Shown in pieces: positions 58,412 through 64,000 of a stretch of DNA of 64,000 nt; position 1 is the stretch's first letter; each line of letters begins with the position of its first letter. The stretch is from Brachymonas sp. (GTDB lineage Bacteria > Pseudomonadota > Gammaproteobacteria > Burkholderiales > Burkholderiaceae_C): positions 38,629 to 102,628 of the forward strand of contig JBDHSG010000003.1 of the NCBI GenBank assembly GCA_039808005.1. The letters are read 5' to 3'. The notes beneath the pieces were generated by a model. It searched no databases, was not told the origin of the DNA, and was given only the letters and a program-made list of their open reading frames with translations. The position numbers and the translations under genes are program-made.

Positions 58412-59543
58412 GCCAATATGACAAGTGCCCACCTTGTCCATGCCGTTCTAATTTAATTGATTTCTCAATCTGAGTGTAGGCGGCCTTTGCACGTTCAATT
58501 CGGTCGTGTAGATATTTCTTGCGATCAACTAGTGACAAATCCCCCATAATAGATATATCAGTATTCATGTTCATGAAATAGTGCTTATATAGGAGGGGTT
58601 GATTAAAAGTTGGCTCCAAGGCTTGGGCGAAGGCCTCTTCAGAAAATATTGTGGGCTCATAAATATTTCTCCACAACTCAGGGAATTTTGAACGAATTTC
58701 TTTAGCTTGTTCAAATTGCACCCAATTCAATAGCCCTTTAATATAAACCCTTGCTTTGGGGCCGCGACGATCTTCATCAGTTACAATAAATTTATCTGTA
58801 GAGAATATTCTTGTATTCTCAAAACTTCCGATACTGACAGCAATATTACCTTGAGCTGACATTAAAAGAGCTTCTGTATTTTGATGACCCCAAGTAAGAT
58901 CCAATCCAATTTCTTGTGTTTCTTGGCCAAGACGATGACAAGAAATCAAAAAATTAGGATCGGATATCTGCTTAGTCTCTCGTGGAACAAAGTAATTTAG
59001 ACACAATTCTGTTACATTCGGATAAGAAGTTACCCAAGAGAGCAGTCGAGTACGAAATCCTTCATCTTCGATCATGGCTCCAGTAACTGCCAATGCTAGA
59101 CAAACTTTCTCATCATTTCTTATACTTTCCATAAAGGCATCTACAGAAAATACTCGTTGTCGATCCACGTAATTCGGATACATTTGGTCAAGGAATCGTG
59201 TTGGTACTACCAATCTTCTAAATCCCATGTTTCGCTGGAAAGCTAGACACTTTTCAGCTGCTTCTTTAACGAGATATTCAAAACCGATAGTTGCAAATCC
59301 GCTTACTGACATACCTTCTGGAAAAAAATCGTATTGCAGTAACTTGGGTTTCTGTGAACTAGGTACATAAAACTGAGGATCAAATATAGATGCAGCACGT
59401 GTTTTTGTACTTAATCGTTCAATCATTGATGGGGCTTGATGAACAGGACTGAGAATCAATCCATCCCCACAGCCATTTTCCTCAAATGAATCGATATTCC
59501 AATTAGAATTATGGCCAACTTGATGGTAGATTTTTACACTCAT
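58389..59543 (-). CDS. Uncharacterised 384-aa soluble protein
   Basis: Long ORF in AT-rich DNA, coupled to the kinase by an ATGA overlap, no TM segments. Motif-like stretches YHQVGHN..W, GDGLILSP and FDPQFY. Confidence 0.8.
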   Translation of the reverse strand: MSVKIYHQVGHNSNWNIDSFEENGCGDGLILSPVHQAPSMIERLSTKTRAASIFDPQFYVPSSQKPKLLQYDFFPEGMSVSGFATIGFEYLVKEAAEKCLAFQRNMGFRRLVVPTRFLDQMYPNYVDRQRVFSVDAFMESIRNDEKVCLALAVTGAMIEDEGFRTRLLSWVTSYPNVTELCLNYFVPRETKQISDPNFLISCHRLGQETQEIGLDLTWGHQNTEALLMSAQGNIAVSIGSFENTRIFSTDKFIVTDEDRRGPKARVYIKGLLNWVQFEQAKEIRSKFPELWRNIYEPTIFSEEAFAQALEPTFNQPLLYKHYFMNMNTDISIMGDLSLVDRKKYLHDRIERAKAAYTQIEKSIKLERHGQGGHLSYWLKAVDQF

Positions 59544-60493
59544 TTGGAACCCTCTGCATCTTTCATTTTGCGAATCAAAATATCGACTGTTCTTGGTCTA
59601 AGGTAGGGTTTCTTATTCATCATTTCACATACTAAATTTGATTGAGTTTCATTCGCAAATCCTAACTCAAACAAAGTGGGTGGGTCAATTTTCTCAGTTG
59701 CATCAATTAGTTCTAATATATCCATATTGGGTCTATTAATGAATGGGTGCTTGCCAGAAATAAGCTCATACATGACTACACCAAGAGAGAAGAAATCAGT
59801 TTTAAAACTAACCAAATCTTTATCATTTGCAATATGCTCTGGTGCGGCGTAGCCGATAGATGCAGGAGCCTGTCCAAAACCTTCCTTGGTTAACCCGATA
59901 GCTTTGGTCTCCCGAATTATTCCAAAATCGATTATTATTATCCGCCCATCCGATGCAATCAATAAATTATCTGGCTTGATATCACGATGAACTAACTTCC
60001 GCTGGTGTTCCCATAAGGGGCGCAACCCCGAAACTACACCTAAAGCAAGTTTTATAACTTCAACTGGTTGTCCTATAAATTCTAAAATTTTACTGGAAAG
60101 TGAAACGGAATCAATATACTCTTCCACACTAACGTAAAGTCCTTCGGATAAAGGCTCATCAGTTACAGGATTGTCTGTGAAGTAGTTTGAGTAATATAAT
60201 TTCGGAAACTGATCCGAATGAATTTCATTGAGTAAGGCTGACTCTGCTTGAAGTCTAGTCAAGGCAGATGTTGATGCGCCCGCAACAACCTTTACAGCAA
60301 CTCTTCCCCAATTCTGCCAACCTTTCAGATATCGAGAATCTGGATCTAGAATTATTTCTTTTGGAATCCGGTTATCTTCAAAATGAGCATAGTAAACAAC
60401 TCGCTGCCCTGATTCTTTGGCTGCTCCATCAATAATAATAGATGGCATGCAGGCGCATAAAATTTGACGAAGCTGATCAGAATCAGTCGGCAT
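59540..60493 (-). CDS. Stand-alone Hanks-type Ser/Thr protein kinase
   Basis: VAVK, HRDIKPDN, DFG, YAAPE and TDFFSLGVVMYEL motifs; RBS GGGGG; no TM or sensor domain. Confidence 0.92.
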   Translation of the reverse strand: MPTDSDQLRQILCACMPSIIIDGAAKESGQRVVYYAHFEDNRIPKEIILDPDSRYLKGWQNWGRVAVKVVAGASTSALTRLQAESALLNEIHSDQFPKLYYSNYFTDNPVTDEPLSEGLYVSVEEYIDSVSLSSKILEFIGQPVEVIKLALGVVSGLRPLWEHQRKLVHRDIKPDNLLIASDGRIIIIDFGIIRETKAIGLTKEGFGQAPASIGYAAPEHIANDKDLVSFKTDFFSLGVVMYELISGKHPFINRPNMDILELIDATEKIDPPTLFELGFANETQSNLVCEMMNKKPYLRPRTVDILIRKMKDAEGSK

Positions 60494-60685
60494 TTTTCCC
60501 CCTAAGTTTCAATTGATAGATATTAAATAAAATAAGGCGTGGGTACTCTCCTCATAATCGCCACTTTCCACCCACATCAAAAAATCCACCGCTGCATCGC
60601 TTCCACATAGAACAGCTACGCTTCCTCGTGCGAGTCTTCATCTGTGGATAAGTCCACCTCACTATAACCATCGCAGGGAATCCAG

Positions 60686-60707
60686 GATCTTGCTCATGTG
60701 CAAGATC
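60686..60707. promoter_or_regulatory. 22-bp near-perfect palindrome upstream of the kinase operon
   Basis: GATCTTGC-T-CATG-T-GCAAGATC, one mismatched pair. Confidence 0.45.
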
Positions 60708-60731
60708 ATTACCTTGATACTAACTTGATTG

Positions 60732-60741
60732 CGGGGTTGAA
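60732..60741 (+). repeat. 10-bp direct repeat CGGGGTTGAA, right copy
   Basis: Matches 57649-57658. Confidence 0.4.
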
Positions 60742-60812
60742 TTGTCCAGTTTTTTCACGTGTTTGATATAACTGACTGCAGCGATTTACCGCAAGTGTGA
60801 GTCGGGACGAGG

Positions 60813-61439
60813 TTAAACGTCTAATACCGTCAGCCAGGCGTGCGCCGGCGTGCGGCCGGTGTTCGAGATGGTGTGTGGCACGTCGGCGTTGTAGCGCGCC
60901 AGTTCGCCAGCGCCCACCACCCGGTGCAGTTCACCGCTGCTCACCGTCAATTCGCCTTCGGTGACGAAAAGGTGCTCGCGCGTGCCCGCGCTGTGCGGCT
61001 TGCTTTCCAGCCGTGCGCCGGGCTGTGCGCGCAGTTCGTACCATTCGTGCGTGCCGGCGGTGGCCAGTGGCCCCAGCACCCGCATCTGCATCAGGCCGTC
61101 GGCGCTGCCGATCAGCGGCAGTGCGTGGCCCGGCACCACTTCCAGGTCCACCCCATGCGGCGTAACGCCCAGCACTTCGTCGATCGAAACACCCAGCGCT
61201 ACCGTGATGCGCCACAGCGTGGCCACGGTGGGGTTGGTGGCATCGCGCTCGATCTGCGAGAGCATGGAGCGCGACACGCCCGACATCTGCGCCAGTTCTT
61301 CCAGCGAAAGGGATTTGTGCCGGCGCAGCCGCTTGATGGTTTCTGCCACTGAAGGCGGACCGGCCGTCAAAGGTGAGGCTGCATCGGGTTGGGCCTTTTG
61401 CGGCCGGCGCCGGGAGGCGGACGAGGAAGAATCCGTCAT
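60813..61439 (-). CDS. XRE-family HTH plus cupin transcriptional regulator
   Basis: LSLEELAQMSGVSRSMLSQIERDATNPTVATLWRI and cupin motif PHSAGTREHLFVTEGEL. Confidence 0.92.
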   Translation of the reverse strand: MTDSSSSASRRRPQKAQPDAASPLTAGPPSVAETIKRLRRHKSLSLEELAQMSGVSRSMLSQIERDATNPTVATLWRITVALGVSIDEVLGVTPHGVDLEVVPGHALPLIGSADGLMQMRVLGPLATAGTHEWYELRAQPGARLESKPHSAGTREHLFVTEGELTVSSGELHRVVGAGELARYNADVPHTISNTGRTPAHAWLTVLDV

Positions 61440-61520
61440 GATGGAAAATCCTCCAGTAAATTGTATATATTGGAAATTTCATCTATCATATCGGAACTTG
61501 GAATTTTGGAGTAACCCCCC

Positions 61521-62513
61521 ATGACGTCCCCCACATCGGCGCCCCGGCGCATTCTGCTCACCGGATCCAATGGCCAGATCGGCACCGTGCTGGCGAACGA
61601 GCTGCGTGCCATGTATGGCGCGGGCAACGTGGTGTGCAGCGACATTGCCGAGCCCAGCGCCTGCACCTTGGCCGCAGGCCCTTTCGAGCATCTGGATGTA
61701 CTGAATGTGGAGGCCCTGCGCCAGGTGATCCAGCGTCACGGCATCACCACGGTGTACCACCTCTCGGCCGTGCTGTCCGCGCGTGGCGAGGCGGATCCGG
61801 CGCGCACCTGGGATGTAAACACCCGCGGCCTGCTGCATGTGCTGGATGCCGCCCGCGATGGGCTCGTCCGCCAGGTCTTCTTTCCTTCCAGTATTGCCGT
61901 GTTCGGCCCCAACGTGCCGCAGGATGCCACGCCGGATGATGCGGTGCTGAACCCCACCACCGTATACGGCATGAGCAAGGCCGCAGGCGAGAACTGGTGT
62001 GCCTATTACCACCAGCGCTGGGGGGTGGATGTGCGCAGTCTGCGCTACCCCGGCGTGATTGGCCACCAGTCTCTGCCCGGTGGCGGCACCACCGATTACG
62101 CGGTGGACATCTTTCACCAAGCGCTATCTACCGGCCGGTTCGAATGCTTTCTGGAGGCCAGCCAGGCCCTGCCCATGATTCACATGGACGACGCCATTCG
62201 TGCCACCATCGAACTGATGCAGGCTCCGGTGGAGCGCATCACGCGGCGCACCAGCTACAACCTGCAGGGCATCAGCTTTACCCCGGCCGAGATCGCCGCT
62301 GAGATACAGAAGCACCTTCCCGGCTTCGCCATCACCTACAAGCCCGATTTTCGCCAGGCCATTGCGGCTTCCTGGCCGCGCTCGCTGAACGACGAAAACG
62401 CCCGGCGCGACTGGGACTGGCAGCCGCGTTTTGCCTTGCCCGCGCTGGTGGCCGATATGCTGCAAAATCTGCGCGCCAGGCAGGCCTGCGCCGAACTGGC
62501 CTGCGCGGCCTGA
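61521..62513 (+). CDS. L-threonine 3-dehydrogenase (extended SDR / NAD-dependent epimerase type)
   Basis: GSNGQIG, HLSAVLSARGE, PSSIAVFG, YGMSK, PGGGTTDYAV; adjacent to kbl. Confidence 0.88.
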   Translation: MTSPTSAPRRILLTGSNGQIGTVLANELRAMYGAGNVVCSDIAEPSACTLAAGPFEHLDVLNVEALRQVIQRHGITTVYHLSAVLSARGEADPARTWDVNTRGLLHVLDAARDGLVRQVFFPSSIAVFGPNVPQDATPDDAVLNPTTVYGMSKAAGENWCAYYHQRWGVDVRSLRYPGVIGHQSLPGGGTTDYAVDIFHQALSTGRFECFLEASQALPMIHMDDAIRATIELMQAPVERITRRTSYNLQGISFTPAEIAAEIQKHLPGFAITYKPDFRQAIAASWPRSLNDENARRDWDWQPRFALPALVADMLQNLRARQACAELACAA

Positions 62514-62546
62514 ATTCCTTCAATCTCCGTTACGTAAGCGCTAACC

Positions 62547-63740
62547 ATGTACACCGCTGTTCGCGAACAACTTGCCCAGGAACTTTCCGATATCCAGGTC
62601 CAGGGCTTGTGGAAAGCCGAGGCCATCATCACCAGCCCGCAGGGTGCTGAAATCCAGGTGGGCGGGCGCACGCTGTTGAATTTCTGCGCCAACAACTACC
62701 TGGGCCTGTCGTCCCACCCCGAGGTGCTGGCCGCTGCCCACCAGGCGCTGGATACCCACGGCTTTGGGCTTTCCAGCGTGCGCTTCATCTGCGGCACGCA
62801 AGACCTGCACAAGCAACTCGAAGCTGCAATCGCCCGCTTTGTGGGCATGGAAGACGCCATTCTTTACGCTGCGGCCTTTGACGCCAATGGCGGCCTTTTC
62901 GAGCCGTTGCTGGGTGAGCAGGACGCCATCGTGTCCGACGAGCTCAACCACGCTTCCATCATCGACGGCATCCGGCTGTCCAAAGCCCGGCGCTACCGTT
63001 ACAAGAACAACGACATGAACGCGCTGGAAGAGACCGTGAAGCAGGCCCGCAGCGAGGGCGCACGCCGTGTGCTCATCGTCAGCGACGGAGCGTTCTCGAT
63101 GGACGGCATCGTGGCCCAGGTGGACAAGATCTGCGACATTGCCGACGCCCACGACGCGATGGTGATGATCGATGAATGCCACGCCACCGGCTTCATGGGC
63201 CCCACTGGCCGCGGCACCCACGAACTGCAGCGCTGCATGGAGCGCGTGGACATCGTGACCGGCACCTTCGGCAAGGCGCTGGGAGGGGCTTCTGGCGGCT
63301 TCACTGCTGCCCGCAAGGAAATCGTGGAACTGTTGCGTCAGCGTTCGCGCCCCTACCTGTTTTCCAACACCCTGGCCCCCGCCGTGGCAGGTGGCTCGAT
63401 CAAGGCCATCGAACTGATCAGTGCCTCAACCGCGCTGCGCGACAAACTGGAGACCAACACCCAGCGGTTTCGCAGCCAGATGCATGCGCTGGGGTTTACC
63501 GTGCTGGGCGGTGGCCACCCCATTTCGCCCGTGCTGCTGGGCGATGCGGTGCTGGCGCAAACTTTTTCGCGCGCCCTGCTGGAAGAAGGCATCCTGGCCG
63601 TGGGTTTCTTCTACCCTGTGGTGCCCCATGGCAGGGCCCGCATCCGCACGCAGATATCGGCCGTGCACGAGCCCCATCACATCGACGCTGCCGTGCAGGC
63701 ATTCGCCAAGGTCGGGCGCCAGCTCGGGGTGATTGCCTGA
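62547..63740 (+). CDS. kbl: Glycine C-acetyltransferase (2-amino-3-ketobutyrate CoA ligase)
   Basis: NFCANNYLGL, SSVRFICGT, LNHASIIDG, DECHATG, TFGKALGGA, RQRSRPYLFSN. Confidence 0.96.
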   Translation: MYTAVREQLAQELSDIQVQGLWKAEAIITSPQGAEIQVGGRTLLNFCANNYLGLSSHPEVLAAAHQALDTHGFGLSSVRFICGTQDLHKQLEAAIARFVGMEDAILYAAAFDANGGLFEPLLGEQDAIVSDELNHASIIDGIRLSKARRYRYKNNDMNALEETVKQARSEGARRVLIVSDGAFSMDGIVAQVDKICDIADAHDAMVMIDECHATGFMGPTGRGTHELQRCMERVDIVTGTFGKALGGASGGFTAARKEIVELLRQRSRPYLFSNTLAPAVAGGSIKAIELISASTALRDKLETNTQRFRSQMHALGFTVLGGGHPISPVLLGDAVLAQTFSRALLEEGILAVGFFYPVVPHGRARIRTQISAVHEPHHIDAAVQAFAKVGRQLGVIA

Positions 63741-64000
63741 GGCTGGCGAAAGATGCCCCTTGACCGGATACTGCCGGTGAGGGATATTGCGCAGAAGGTT
63801 CCTGCCAATTGGGAGTGGATGCTCCGTCACCCCTTGTGGTTCAGCAGACCATCAGCGCATCGGCAGTGGATGGAAGGGGACGAGATGCCTATCGGGATGT
63901 TCACCAGAGCCTCCGCCCGGTCGGTGTTACTCAAAAGAGCAGGTAATGCCCAGAGCCCGACATCCGATGAGGCGGCATCGGGGCTGACTGCAACCGAAGC

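Larger units (their letters stand above)
57649..60812. mobile_element. Low-GC horizontally acquired islet, with no integrase or transposase inside
   Basis: Abrupt composition shift: a hand count gives 22/60 GC at 58801-58860 versus 41/60 at 18541-18600. It holds three non-housekeeping genes and a 10-bp direct repeat near both ends. Confidence 0.85.

Noticed and set aside
60643-60651. Perfect DnaA box (TGTGGATAA) in the islet's non-coding region
   Set aside because: A single 9-mer is expected by chance in 64 kb, and there is no box cluster, unwinding element or rep gene nearby.
60560-60720. Possible small ORFs or gene remnant upstream of the kinase (e.g. ...DGYSEVDLSTDEDSHEEA*)
   Set aside because: Short frames without a convincing start or RBS and with no recognisable homology.
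63890-64000. Possible TPP or glycine riboswitch (GGTAATGCC segment)
   Set aside because: The required conserved elements (CUGAGA and ACCUGA for TPP; GGAGA and CUCUCAGG for glycine) are absent.

Overview
Chromosomal window from a GC-rich betaproteobacterium. A Burkholderiales/Comamonadaceae-like host is inferred from protein sequences and gene neighbourhoods. Most of the window is housekeeping: lolA-ftsK-Crp/trxB, a partial his cluster, dnaG, a methylmalonyl-CoA mutase/propionyl-CoA carboxylase cluster, rpmBG, glnB, scpA, metG, fabHDG-acpP-fabF, rpoE-rseAB-degP-lepAB-rnc-era, leuA, rpsP-rimM-trmD, glnS and tdh-kbl. The stand-out element is an integrase-free, AT-rich islet of about 3.1 kb (about 57650-60812) between the 3' ends of glnS and an XRE regulator. 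It encodes three proteins: a PD-(D/E)xK-like nuclease with an inserted HTH-like segment whose start overlaps the glnS stop codon, a 384-aa protein I cannot assign, and a stand-alone Hanks-type Ser/Thr kinase coupled to that protein. This is a candidate undescribed defence or toxin module; that function is inferred, not shown. Other points of interest: a complete leucine attenuator (leader peptide, antiterminator, terminator) upstream of leuA; an ECF sigma factor with an ankyrin-tailed anti-sigma and a secreted partner; a DUF2157/DUF4401-GDYXXLXY membrane pair; several usually conserved operons that are broken; and several probable leaderless genes. I saw no CRISPR array, tRNA, rRNA, integrase or transposase. 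All family assignments come from motif recognition by eye; no database search was run.
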